DNA of 64,000 nucleotides from Hamiltosporidium tvaerminnensis FI-OER-3-3 (taxonomy: Eukaryota; Fungi; Microsporidia). Both the position numbers and the translations under genes were made by a program. Of the stretch, positions 1 through 12,520 are shown in pieces. Each line of letters begins with the position of its first letter. Position 1 is the stretch's first letter. The notes beneath the pieces were generated by a model. It saw nothing but the letters and a program-made list of their open reading frames with translations. It was not told the origin of the DNA and searched no databases. The DNA lies in the NCBI GenBank assembly GCA_022605425.2, contig JAKIMF020000001.1, forward strand, positions 1,116,001 to 1,180,000, given 5' to 3'.

Positions 1-652
1 ATTTGAAGCCAAAGTTAATAGTAGATTGGGTACGGATAGAATATATTTTAAACCTTATACACACGAAAAAATAAATAAAATAATTGAATCTAAAATAATT
101 TTAGATAAGAAAATTAAATCGTTAGATTCAAAAAGGAAATTTGAAAAAAATTCTATTGATTTATTGAGTAAGAGAATTAGTGCAGTGAGTGGGGATATTA
201 GAAAAGTAGAACACATTTTAGATCAGATTAATTCTGAAACCAATCAAGATATTGTAAAAAAAAGTACAAAACGATTAAAATCTATCAAAGCCAAATCCGA
301 ATTGATAACAATTTTTGATGTAGATAATACAATGAAATCTATGTATAACCCATTGTATTATAAATATTTAGAGAATTTAAATTTATATTCAAAAATTTTA
401 CTTTTTTGTTTTCAAGATTCTGATATTCTTAGTAAAAATATTTTATTTGAAAAGTTCGATTTAAAATTTAAAATTCTAAATTTAGATAGAATTTCGTACT
501 TTGAATTTCTAAATTTAATAGATTTTTTAATAAGTATTGGCATTTTAGAAGAATATTGTTCTAAATTAAGACTTAAGTTATTATATCCAGAAATAGAAAT
601 ATTTTATATGAATGATAAAGAATTCAAGAAAATAAAAACCAATAAAATATAA
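1..652 (+). CDS. ORC1: ORC1/CDC6-family AAA+ ATPase, copy 1 (C-terminal part; 5' end lies outside the window)
   Basis: Near-identical to the C-terminal part of ORF 31642..32688 (SRLG.RI.F.PY, SGDIRK). This copy keeps the full C-terminus (...RLKLLYPEIE...TNKI*). Confidence 0.85.
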   Translation, partial: FEAKVNSRLGTDRIYFKPYTHEKINKIIESKIILDKKIKSLDSKRKFEKNSIDLLSKRISAVSGDIRKVEHILDQINSETNQDIVKKSTKRLKSIKAKSELITIFDVDNTMKSMYNPLYYKYLENLNLYSKILLFCFQDSDILSKNILFEKFDLKFKILNLDRISYFEFLNLIDFLISIGILEEYCSKLRLKLLYPEIEIFYMNDKEFKKIKTNKI

Positions 653-883
653 TTATTGATATATAATCATTGATATTAAAATATATTTAACATTTCTTTG
701 AACTTTGGTACGTTTTTAGATATAAATTAAATCAACAGTAATTTTTATTATCGAATTTCTTATAAAAACTTACTTTTATTAAAAATGCTAAAATTGTTAG
801 TCGATGAAATATTTTTAACATTTGTATTTTCCTTAAAACCGGTAAAAAAAAATAATTTTTATTTCATTTTATAATTTGATTCG

Positions 884-1726
884 CTATTCTAAAATTTCAA
901 TATCATTTAACGAAATTTTATCTTTAAAATATTCAAGAATAGTTTCTTTGGTTTTTTTAAAATTTTCATAATTTCCTGAAATCACAAGCGCTCTTCTTGT
1001 ATCATTTGTAGAAATATATGTTGGTTCAATAAATATTTTAGAAGGTACTTTGACCTGTAAAATTTTAAATTCTTCAGCTTTTCTTGCTAATAAATATAAA
1101 GCCATTTTTTCTGGAATTATAATTTTATATGAATTCTGCTTTTGTGATGAAAAGGAAAAATAAATATTTGATAAAATCATTTCTTTGGCTTGAAAACAAT
1201 TTTCTTCATTTCCTGTAATAACTATAATCTTATTTTCTGTATCGGAAGCTTTAGATAAAATAATTTTTGTGGATGTATTTTTTTGTATCTCGTTTAACGC
1301 ATTTCCATTTTTACCTGTAATATATCCCCATTTCTCACGAGATACAACTATTTCTAAAGTTTTTTCCACCCCAAAATTATATTTTTCAACATTTCTTTTA
1401 AACAATTCTTCAATTGTCTTTCTGATATTATATTTGGTTCCTTTGATAGCAACAACAATGATTTCTACATCTTCATCTAAAATAATCACTTCAGTATTGA
1501 AATCTTCAGATATTTTATAAATATTACGAGCTTCTATCTTTCTTAATACAATATGTTCTTCTACAATAATATCTGGTATAAGAAATTCGTTCAAATTCGT
1601 TGATCTATATTTGTCTTCATCATTGTAAAAAATATTTTTATCCAATTTAAAATTTACATATTTGTTGTACTTCCCATGTAAATTTTGAATAAATAAATTT
1701 TTTGAAAGCTTTTCTGGTGATTTCAT
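884..1726 (-). CDS. KH-domain RNA-binding protein, copy 1
   Basis: KH motif WGYITGKNGNALNEIQ...IILS...IIVITG with a GxxG loop, followed by a degenerate KH repeat. CCC motif upstream (CCCTATAAAGATG). Confidence 0.85.
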   Translation of the reverse strand: MKSPEKLSKNLFIQNLHGKYNKYVNFKLDKNIFYNDEDKYRSTNLNEFLIPDIIVEEHIVLRKIEARNIYKISEDFNTEVIILDEDVEIIVVAIKGTKYNIRKTIEELFKRNVEKYNFGVEKTLEIVVSREKWGYITGKNGNALNEIQKNTSTKIILSKASDTENKIIVITGNEENCFQAKEMILSNIYFSFSSQKQNSYKIIIPEKMALYLLARKAEEFKILQVKVPSKIFIEPTYISTNDTRRALVISGNYENFKKTKETILEYFKDKISLNDIEILE

Positions 1727-1859
1727 CTTTATAGGGAGAAATTATTAATTAAATGTCGAAATATATTTTTTTATAAAAAAAATACAAAGAAAGTAACCTA
1801 TAAATAAATTTTTATATATTCATTATTAATAATTTGCATAAATAAGAAATCAAACACAA

Positions 1860-2340
1860 TTAGAATTATCGAGTTCGTAATTATTTTACAAGATTCACTT
1901 CAAAGTGTTAAAACTCAAAACCGAAGAATTACGATATATTAGCCAATGAGTTAGGTCTTATTTATAAATGTGGTGTTGAGATAATTCCTTATGTATGACC
2001 TGAGAGAGTATCGCTAAATAAAAATATGAATCCTTGGCACAAATTATAATAGAGGCATATATACAGTCCAAATTATTTCTTTTGATCCACAAAGAGATTT
2101 GAGCCAAGACCAAATGTATATTAGAGCTGGAAAATTTTGACAGTGGGTGTAATACAGAAAACATAAACACACGAAGGATCGATACTCATTAAATTAATAA
2201 TTTAACGAAAGACAAAAGCAAGCAAATAAATAAAATTTTAAGCTTTATTGAAGGTAAAGCGACCTAAAAAGGAACATTAAGATATAATATTGAAGATGAC
2301 TGGTTGTATATAAATAAATGGTGGATTTAGTCTAAAAAAA
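1860..2340 (+). mobile_element. Degenerate 3' fragment of the R4/Dong-like retrotransposon
   Basis: Nucleotide similarity to the endonuclease region of the 19720-23493 element (YDILANELGLIYKCGVEIIPYVM). Confidence 0.75.
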
Positions 2341-2501
2341 ACATATAAAAAACGAAAATATTTAGAATATATGTTACTTTATTAATTAGAATGTAATCTT
2401 ATAAATTTAAATTTTATCTTAGCTATAAATTATTTTTGTAGCTTTGAATCATTTTACCTCAAATAGAAAATTCTATTTTTTACTTATTCTTCTGTTTTTA
2501 A

Positions 2502-5500
2502 TTTTTAATATGTATTTAAGAAAATTCTAGGTTAAAACTTTTTTCAAAATTTTCAGATATTTTCTTCTACCTCTTTTTACCATTACCGTCTCTTTTTCTA
2601 AATCCGACTCTTCAATTATATTTATCGTCGGTTCTTCTAATGCGGTTCCTCCGTTTAAAATTATAGGTGTTATTTTTTTGCTTTTAAATGTTATACACCA
2701 TATTCATCTCTACATCGCTTGTTTTTAAAAAAGTGTAGGTTTTCAGGAATCTCGGCTCTGTTAATAACTCTTGTTGTTTTTTCCTAGCTCTCTTCGGCAT
2801 TGGGTCTCAAATCGAATCCTCTTCGTTGATACAAAGAAATTGTTTCGACTGTCTTCTTCATCACTATTCTCTGAATGTATGCATCTAAATTGTGGGGTAT
2901 TTGCAGTCTTTTAAGGTCTGAAATATAGTATTTTGTTCCAATACCGTCTCGGGTCATTACATACAAGATTATTTTAACATCACATTTACTAATAAGATCC
3001 AAATCATTGGCTAGCAGATCATACTTCCGTAATTTTTTTAGTTTCAACTATTTCAAGTTAATCTTAGGAAGTGATTCATACTGATAATGAAGCTAATCAT
3101 ATTTTTTCTATTATTAGAAATAAATATGTCGGGTCTATTATTCCGAATCTTGAAATAAATTTATATTCTTGTATTTACTCTTATCTCTCCAAGCTCGTTT
3201 TCTAGAATTTCTTGCACTGAGCGACTACTAGTTTATCTGGATGACATAAATCTATATTATTTATTAGGAATAGTTGTAGGCATCTAACCACTTCATTATG
3301 CTTCTGGTATGGTCATGACCGGAACTCTTCTAATATTGCGCTACCAGATGCTCCTCTATTTTACCAGATTTTAAAGTGTTTGCACACACCTTCCGCTCCC
3401 GAGAATACATTTCTATTCTGAATATAGAAAATACCGCTTCATAACGTGGCCTAATATTCCTTTTTTTTAAGACCACCTAGAAAATTCATTAGCACCTACA
3501 AGCTCATTTTTTTCTTGCCTTATATAACTTTGATAAAAGTGTACATTTTTCTATTTCTTAAATAATCTTTCGAGTCGAGCTTCTTCTAAATTCTTCTTAG
3601 TGACTTCTTCTTCAAATATATCTTTTTGCTCTTAAAAAGCCTTTAATTGGTACAAGCTGGGTTTTATTAGTATTCTCCAGCTTTATGATTACCGCTCTTC
3701 TGGTGATATTTCTTTACTTTTTTTAGGGAGTCTAATTGTTTCAGAACCAAATGTTCGCTTTTAAACTTAATACCATGTAAAACCTTTTCGAGTTCTTTCT
3801 AGGAAGGAAACATGTACTTTACATTCTGGGAGAATATGTATTTATTTTTTTTACCAACACTGCACGCACTGCATCATCTAAATCAAAAATGTCAGCTTTT
3901 TCTGATCGAGGTACTTCTATGGATATTAGTCAACAATACCGCAGGTTTATAAATGACAGAAACCGATTGTTTTGCGTTTAATCTAGTGTGAATAAGTCTT
4001 TCAACTTTTGATATTTTTACTTTGTACTTTTTCAGATAAGCTACGACACAGATTATTTTGCCATCCTCTATTATTCCAAGGTATTTATGAAAAAACTTTC
4101 TAGAAAGGTAGCAGTATCTTAAAAATACATTTTAGTTTTGGCTGACTTGCTCTATTTATTTAATTCCGATCATTTTCAAAATTTCCTTTTGCTCGCCTAT
4201 TATAGCTCCAAAAGTATAGCTTTCTGTTACAAGGTACGTAAATCTTGTATAAAAAAGAGATTGTTGAAAGTTTTAGAGTCTTAATTCTTGTGTTTGTAAA
4301 CTTGTGTATTTTTCATTGAGTTCGTTGCGAAACTGATGCATACACTGCACAAAATTCAAGATAACAAACTATCTCCTGCAGTATATCTCTCTAGATATAA
4401 CTACTGATTGTTTTTCCAGGCCTCACCAGGCTATCAATTTTTATATTTTGATATTATTACCTTAATAAATCAGAGAATACAATCAAGTAAATTAAGAGCA
4501 ATATAAATTGGGTCAAATACGCATAACTTAAAGAGTTGTATGTTTTTTAGACATCAATTCACTTTGTATTAATATTTTCTCTGTAATTTTTATTAATAGC
4601 AACATTCAATTAAGTCTGTATTTTTTTCCTCTTGCACACGTCTCACAGCTCTCAATTGATTATCATCGACAATTTCTCGCCCCTCGACTTCTTGTTGACA
4701 GACTTTCGTTACACACTTTTTTATTTAACTTATGGTGTTAGAAATAAGGGTGAATGGCCTGTAGCTATAGCCTTATTTTGATTTATTTTAGCTATTAAAT
4801 ATGAGGCCCTGCAATGAAACAAAACAACCTTAGAGCCATGTTTTAATCACAGAACTTTAACAGTTTCATACGAATATTTGTGAAGAGTTGTAAGTTTCTT
4901 CATGAAAAAAATCGTAAATACCATCAATTCCAGCAGCTTTCCAATTAGGAAGCCAATTAAAGATGTTTGCTTTTTCATTTTGTGAAGGAAACATGGTCGA
5001 ATGATTATCTGCTAAAAATACAATCAAATAATCATCATACGTGACTCTCTCATCATTTTCTTTCCCACATTATAGACGAAAAACTCATTATTTCAATCCG
5101 ACTAACCTATGCGCCGATCAAAAACACTATGATATGTCACGATAAATCAATCTTCAAGACCCAAAAAACGATTATGTCTTCGGAATTTCTTCCTCTTATA
5201 CACATCGGGAGTTTTAAACCAAAGACATTCACGACTCATTTCTTCCAAATAGAGCCTAAGAAAAATCATTTATAAAGTTAAGATTTTATTTTGCTCCCGC
5301 ATGATTTTTTTGTGGCTTTTAATTTCTGAAGCGGTGTGTTTTACGTCTCGTGTCTCCTTTAGAAGATTATTGGAGATTATTAACACAGGGATTATAATCT
5401 CTATGCTTCCTTTGAGTATATCTAGGCTATTCTTATGTATTGCTTCGCCTTAGCATACTCGCGGCTTTTAGGATTAGATCGACCTCTGTAATTGACCCAA

Positions 5501-6113
5501 GCACATAAACTCCAGAATATTCATCGACTACTCGAATAATTAGGTTCAAAAATCTACTATCAAATAATCAATTTGGGCGTTTTCTAGTGCGGGCCATCAC
5601 TTTTCCAAATTCATCGTCTAGACTTCTTTGCTTTTACTCAAAAATTTATTTCTCAGGTTTATGTACTACGCGATGTAGGTCAGGGGGAATGAATCAGCGA
5701 GGCAAGGTACTATTACGTCGCTTATGATACTCTTGTGATTTTAAATGTTTTTTCGTCTCATTTTACGCCAAGATTCTTGCACATCGAATGTTACCCCATA
5801 GCCGAATTTATCATTTTAATGCATAAGAAGCTTGTTCTAGCCGTCTTGTGGCATTCTTCCGAACCTTTTCTGTACTGCAAATAAACAATTCAGGACCATT
5901 TATAGAGTCTGCTGCTAGGAATCGAATACAATACCAATGTGTTTAGAATTGTCCATCGGGAATGGCTAGAGTGAATTGGTTTGTCATGTCGAACAACGAT
6001 TCTATATAGAGATATAAACCGATGAAAGCGCAGTTATACGCAAGGATAAGGTGTTAAAAACTCGATTTTGTGTCTGATAACATTTTTGGCATGGTGGTGG
6101 ATGAGTTTTTCAA
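2502..6113 (-). mobile_element. Degenerate near-full-length R4/Dong-like non-LTR retrotransposon
   Basis: Collinear similarity with 19720-23493 over ~3.5 kb. ORF 2784..3047 reads LRKYDLLANDL; NWKAAGIDGIY remnant near 4920-4950; many stops and frameshifts. Confidence 0.9.
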
Positions 6114-6497
6114 TACTTATTCTTTTTTAAGATAAAAAAAATAAATATTATTAGTGCGAATCTTAGGTTTGATATAAATTATAGATGTTGCTTTTTGTAT
6201 AATGCGGAATACGTATACAGTACTCCAATTTCTGAAATATAAGCAAGGCTTGATTTAGTTTCGAGTTGAATACTATTTTTTACGATCAATAATATGTCAA
6301 AAAACTATAAATTCCTATTATTTGACTACTGCAAAAAGATTTTTTTTTGTTATAATTGGAAACACAAATTAACAAGAAAGAACCTTTTAATTTAATTCCA
6401 TTGTATCATTCCAAATGCATTAGTAAGGGTTTTTTAAAAAAATAATTCAAAAAAATGATTTTACTGATTTTTTTTAAAATAAATATAAATTTAAAAA

Positions 6498-7230
6498 TAT
6501 ATTTATTTAAAACTATCACATCTTTTTTTAAAACAGTGGCAAGTGTTATATTTGTTTTCATGACATTAACGCAGTTCTAGGTCTACATAAATAACTGCTA
6601 CCCCAACACTCCATCGGTAACCCCTGCGATACCTACGTCCCAAAGCCTTTCATCTACCAGGTGTGTAGAACCTAATTACTAGGCGAGGCAGTTGCCCGGA
6701 GTTCGTTAATGTCCGTTGCATGGAGTGTGATCGAAGGCCGAAGCCCCCCCTGGGCTCCCCCAAGACTATGCAGCATTCCCACTTAATCTACACTTTCTGA
6801 ACCCAATAAACTTCTAGCTAAGATATATTTCAGAGATTTACATGGGGTCCACCTAGACAGTGCAATGTCATACCAACAGGTATAACCTGCTACTTAGCTT
6901 TCCTGGCTTTATATGGTTTTTTGTTTTTTATCTCCCAGGCGCTAAGTCTTCTAACCCGAGTGAGCAAGGCTAGGTTTCCATGCTTTTACATGGCAATTAC
7001 CTACATGTTCAGCTGCGGTCTGCAATCTGGTTACATAAAAAACTACAAATAAATTTGTAGAAAAAGTTTCTCCATCTCTTAGACCTTCCCTCCTCATAAC
7101 AACTCCCATGGAACAACCAAAGATGTAGTGTGGTTTTATTCCCACCAAAAATCCAAACAATGATCTCACACCAGTTTCACACACTCATTGCCAAGCAGAA
7201 AGTTTTTTATGTGGTTATCCTCCCTCCATA
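6498..7230 (-). ncRNA. Long structured non-coding repeat element (~730 nt), best-preserved copy
   Basis: GC-enriched island with many stems and a C(UUCG)G hairpin on the - strand (6733-6748). Crossing stems 6562-6571/6704-6713 and 6606-6614/6720-6728. Homologous copy at ~34943-35660 (+). Confidence 0.65.
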
Positions 7231-8038
7231 TTAAATTTAAAAAAAAAAATTAAAATAAAATATGTCTATTGATGTTATTCTTATGATGTACTGCAATTTA
7301 GAAAATTTGAACTACAATAGGTAATAAAGATTTTTTTAAACTATTTTAAAGCTTCAATATGCGATATGTTCTACTTCTGCTAATATTATTGCTTGTGTAA
7401 AATATTTTAAACCATAAACAACAATCGAAAGACTATTTTCTTTATTATAAAACTTTGGTTGGTGGCACAATACTTGAAAAGATTAAATATTTCACATCTC
7501 GTCGTGGTCAGGGTATTTTTCGACAAAATAATGTAATATAACTTGAACGAAAGATTTAATTTTAAATAAATATTGCAATTTTGCTTATTTCTATTCCAGT
7601 GGTCTCTGCCAAATTTCTCTTTAGTTTATATGCAACAACAATTTACAATAAAAACGAAGAAAGATATTGAAATTTACAATTTGTAAATTAAGAGCATGTC
7701 TAAATAATTTACCACATGTTTTTTAAAAATATCATAAATCAGTTTTTCAAAAATTTAGGTTAGTGGTGCTGAGATGTATTTAGATTTTGTCTCTAATTCT
7801 ATTATTGGATTAAAAACTTAGTAAGAGTTTAGAAAATATATTAAGGATTTTAATTTTATCTTATTTTAACAAAATTGTAATTCTTAACATCGAGCATTAA
7901 ATCAATTGTTTTTGATCGATATATCGGAATTACATTAAGAAGGGTTTAAAACAAATATATTTACTCAAAAAAAAATTTGTAATTATTGTGGTTTTAAAAT
8001 ATTAATTTGTTTAACACACTTATATATGCGTATTTAAT

Positions 8039-8244
8039 GGGTGGTCGGAGATAGAATAACCCCGTTATAAATAATCTGCTTGGTATTGTGTGTGTATAAT
8101 AGGTTTCAAATTTACTGTGGACATTTTGGTTGTCTATAAACCATAGTGAATTTGCTGAACAATACTCTATGTTCCCGATTTACATAGATTAAAATAAAAA
8201 ATTTCATTTGCTTATCCTCGACACCGAGAGGTAAAAGAGGACAG
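8039..8244 (+). mobile_element. ~210-nt SINE-like element, copy C
   Basis: G-rich head TGGGTGG...ATAACC and terminal motif TCCTC GAC ACC GAGA GGT AAAA GAGGA, shared with three other copies. Confidence 0.75.
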
Positions 8245-9599
8245 TAATAATTATTTTTTTGAAATAATTCCCAAATTAGGTAATAATTAACTCCAAATTA
8301 TAAGAAATTCGATTATATTAAATTGAATTCTTTTTCAACTGTCGTAAGTCATAAAAGTTTCCAACATTTTATATAACCTGAAATCAGTTGAAACAAACTT
8401 TTGAAATGTAGCAAGTCAATTAAATTCAAAGTTTTGTAAATTAAATGAAATAAGTTTTTTATTTTAAACTCTTTATTCGAATTCCCACATTAATATATTT
8501 ATTATTTGCTGATAAAACTTATTCTAGGAGCTATAGAAGACTCCGCCTTTTTGGAAAATACTTAAGATTTAACAATACATGTTAAATTTATATATCTCTT
8601 TTATGTTTATTATACTTCCTTGTTAAATTCTATTAATTAAAGTAAAACCGTATTTATAAAAAATTTAAAAAGATCAAATTAGTTAAAGCATTTTTTCTAC
8701 GCAAATTAAACCTATTAATTAAGTATTTTAAAATTTTCATTCTTTAAGAATTAAATATAGAAAATACGTCATATATAAAAGAAAGGTAAAAAAATATAGA
8801 GAATTTATAAATTAAGTAAAGATACAGAAAAATAAGCATAATAGGATATATTTTTTCAATTTATTTTTAAAATTTTTTATTAGTTCTTAAATTTTCCTTT
8901 ATATTATTTTATTCTTCAACAATATTATCGTTATTTTTTTGAGATTCTATATCGTTTCTCTAAAGAAAATCATTTATCGACAAAAACAGCAAATTTCTAA
9001 GTTTCTTTTCAGCCACCACGTAATCTATCAGATGAAAAAATCTGCTGACTTTTAATTTAGCTACTAATACAATTCAAAATTGGGAACATAAATGGTGGGG
9101 TTTTATACGAACTAAGAAATATTTTTGTAAAAAATTTAAGTTTCGGGGATATAAGTCACATACTAGGAGAATATATTCCGACATTGGTTACTACTTTGAT
9201 CAATTGAATCGTTTTTATATGTTTCCGGTACAAATTTTTCTTTGTTAAAATCATTATTTTGTTTGGGACGTTAGAAACTACGTGTATGATGCAAAAAGTA
9301 TAGTAAATATCATTATTAGACCTTTGATATACTTATTCTTTATGACCTGTCGTGTGGAAGATATCTTCTGACTTAAGTGTTTCATAACGAACCAATACTA
9401 TATCTTGGGTTTATTATCAAACATGCCTGATTGTATTTTTTTAATCTAAAATTTATGTCAATCAATACATTCTTAGTTTTCTTGATATTATAAAATTGAA
9501 TATTAGTAGATTCAATGAAAATATATTTGGCTTTTTTTTGCTAATTTTCAATAATATCTAGCTACATATTTAATATTGTATTTGGGATTCCAAATTAAA

Positions 9600-11100
9600 C
9601 ATCAAAGTATATCAAATAAATCCCGAATTTTTTACAAAAAATTTTAGCAAAAAAGATATCAAGTAAAAAACTTAGATGCTGAGAATATATCAATTTGCAA
9701 ATTTTGAAGTTAAAAAAACTATCTAAATTATTCATATGTTCTTCATTCTACCATTTTAATTCAAAATAAGGTTTATATGAAAGAAAGCCTTTGAAATATG
9801 CCTTTTAATATAGTGCAGAGGCAATTTTTATTAAAAATAATATATTATGTGGTCTTATTTATTAAAATATGATTCATTTGTTTTAAAAGTCTTAATAATA
9901 CTGTTTAAAAAGAAACTTGTATTCACAACTCTTATATTTTATGAGTAAACAGATGTTTAATATTTCGAATCTATTTTTAAGATGTAATGTGTAAATTTTG
10001 CTTTATCACCTTTTTTTGCATTGTAATCATATTTATATTTATGATATTTCGAATAAGTATTTCCTAAATTTTTAAACGAAACCATCTTCAGAATTTATCA
10101 GAATAACTCGAATATTATAAATAAAAACTTAGCAACCAAACTTCAATTTGGAATTTTATCAATCTAAACCGTTTTCGATTTATCAATTCAATACATTAGG
10201 TATATTTATAAATGGAATTTATATTTTATTTTGATGATAAGATTTTTGGCTTGATGAAATTATGAACAAGTTTAATTCGAAGTTATCTAGTTGTTTACTA
10301 TCAAAAGTCTCTCTTTAATATAATTGGATTATAAAGTATTAAATAATACCTTGTGATTTCGCATTGTGTTATTTGAATTTTCTAGTTCAATTATTTATGA
10401 TTTCTTTCATATAAGTCTGATATTAATGTCTTTGTAATAATTAATCGCGTTGAAATGGTTTAGTTTATGAAATATTACCAAGTTTTATAGAAGCTTGATT
10501 TATGATTTAGTATAAAATATAATTTTTTTATATCATTATTTACATCAAGGCACATATTTGGTTGATATACAAAAAAGAACGCAAATATAATAAATTTGAT
10601 CTCATTCTTTTTTTATAATTTCCAATGTATCGAATTCCAATAATATAACAACATATTAACATCAAAATACATCTGGTGTACGATTTCACAAATATAAATG
10701 TACAAATTACGTTTACATTTTGGTCAAATCTGTTTTATGTCACATAATTCATCATAGGATTATTCTCATATATTGCTCTCACCATTTCTAAGCTTTCTAA
10801 TAATTCTATAAAAAATCGTAATTTTTATTCACTTTGATTCCATTTGTTATACATTATTTAGTAAGGTTTGACTGTTTTTATGTCTTTGCAACAACTATAT
10901 ATTCAGAACATGTTTAGATAAGTGCGATTTATCCAAGATACTTTCATCTGTGATCCATATAATAATTAAAAATTTTAAAAAAATATATTTGTACCATTCG
11001 ATTTCTAGAAATAAGCCAAAAATCTGATTTTTAGCTGTTTTGATGATTCATGACAGTTTTTAATAGATTGTGTAGTAATCAAAGTCACCGAGACGTAATT
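9600..11100 (-). pseudogene. Possible decayed member of the LRR gene family
   Basis: The minus-strand fragment near 10340-10440 reads ITKTLISDLY...KIQITQCEI, resembling ILTKQVLQEIF...ELAIEKCEL in the 50390..52837 protein. Many stops; boundaries approximate. Confidence 0.3.
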
Positions 11101-11885
11101 TATTATTTTTATATTAAAGTATCAAAACCTAAGGATCCTATTTGTGATATTTACAAAAGATGTAAAAAGCATTGATAAACTTTAAAATACACTTAAGATT
11201 CATTTATACATTTAAATTACAACAATTTAGTTTTTTATGTAAAATTTAAAACATATCTTTGATATTATAAATTCATCATTAAGATTAAAAAGTTAAATAT
11301 TAAAACCTATCTTAGAATATTTATCTATAAAATAAATTTTAGACTCAAAAAGCTTTTGGTAGTATCTTGTTTAGTACAAGCCATTAATAAATTCGTTTTT
11401 TAATTTTGGATCAAATAAAGCTCTATTTTAGTTATTTTTTTACCGTAAACTAATTCATTTATAGAATAAAATCAATGGTTTGTATGTAATTATATTTATA
11501 CTTCAGAGTTTATCTTCTAAAGAATCTAATTGCAAAATTATTTTGTAAAATAAGCTATGAATTTGCGGATTCGGCCCATCAATTTTCTTTATATAAATAT
11601 TTTTATCAAATTCTAACCAATTTTTTATTCTCAATATGGAATAGATAAAGGTAAAAAAAATTGATGAGAAAAAAATAAAACCTTATTATATTTATGGTTT
11701 ATGATTTCTGATTTAACTCCACAATCATAGTTTATCGTTATACTAATTCAATAATTTTAAAACAAGATTTAAAGAGTGATGAATTATTTGTTTATATATT
11801 TTTTTCCTTTTTCAATGTATTTTAATTTATTAAAACTAATGAACCAATTTTAGTATAACTCGACAAAAAAATATGATTTCAAATC

Positions 11886-12109
11886 TTACTTACTTATTCC
11901 AGTCCTCATTTACCACTCGGTGTCGAGGATAAACAACTGGAAATTTTCCAATTGCTCCTTTTAATCTGTTGTGACTCCGGATTACAGGGGATTGGCCTAT
12001 AGATCCAATATAGTTTACATTCCACCAAAATACCTACAATTATTTTATAACAATTTACACATTCATTTCTAACGAGATAGTTTTTAATGTGGTTATCTTC
12101 TCCCCACCC
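11886..12109 (-). mobile_element. ~220-nt SINE-like element, copy B
   Basis: Shared head and terminal hairpin; (TAAG)3 tail; flanked by a direct repeat AT[G/A]ATTTCAAATC at 11873-11885 and 12110-12122 (TSD). Confidence 0.85.
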
Positions 12110-12289
12110 ATAATTTCAAATCAATGTCCTTAATACTATTCTAAGAACCTTGGTTTGACTTGTGTGTTTAAAAGTATAGGTATAAGGAGAAAAAATAATT
12201 TAGTCAAGCATCATTATTCAAAATTGCTTCGTAGCTTTGCAACATTATATAAATCAATAAAGATTTTTGAATGTTCAGTTGTTAGTGCA

Positions 12290-12520
12290 CCTTGTAATCC
12301 TCATAATCATCATCCTCGTTACTACCGCCTTCATTGATGCCCCTTTCGGTCCTTTTTCTAGTTATTTTGTTTACCTTTTCGGTTTCGTAACAAGGTAATT
12401 TTAAGGCATGGGTTGTTAATCCTACACTCAACCTGAGGACCAGTCCCTTTTAGTCGTCTCTTACGACAAGCAGCGAATGCTCCAAGCCAATTCTGTTCCC
12501 GGTATGGTGAGAAACAGAAT
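12290..12520 (-). mobile_element. Short non-autonomous RTE-like bipartite element
   Basis: The minus strand reads ...CCGGGAACAGAATTGG...TGCTTGTCGTAAGAGACGACTAAAAGG...GGTCCTCAGGTTGAGTGTAGGATTAACAACCC..., resembling RTE-clade 5' UTRs as I recall them. It ends in GGCGGTAGTAACGAG plus a (GAT)n-like tail. Confidence 0.6.

Larger units (their letters stand above)
1..2500. repeat. Left arm of an inverted segmental duplication (partner ~29720-32218)
   Basis: The reverse complement matches ~29720-32218 with only scattered differences, across ORC1, the KH gene, a retroelement fragment and intergenic DNA. Confidence 0.95.

Noticed and set aside
6600-6680. Twister-like word GTCCCAAAGCC and telomerase-template-like AACCTAA on the + strand
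   Set aside because: Both lie on the strand opposite to the one favoured by the UUCG and G-U evidence. The twister stems cannot be formed and the template word is not kept in the second copy.
7010-7095. RNase P CR-I/CR-V-like words (GGGAAGGTCT ... CAGACC) on the - strand
   Set aside because: They are too close together, in the wrong order relative to the CR-III-like word, and not conserved in the second copy.
6951-7184. 77-aa ORF within the long structured element
   Set aside because: Non-ATG start, no recognisable motif, and not preserved in the second copy.
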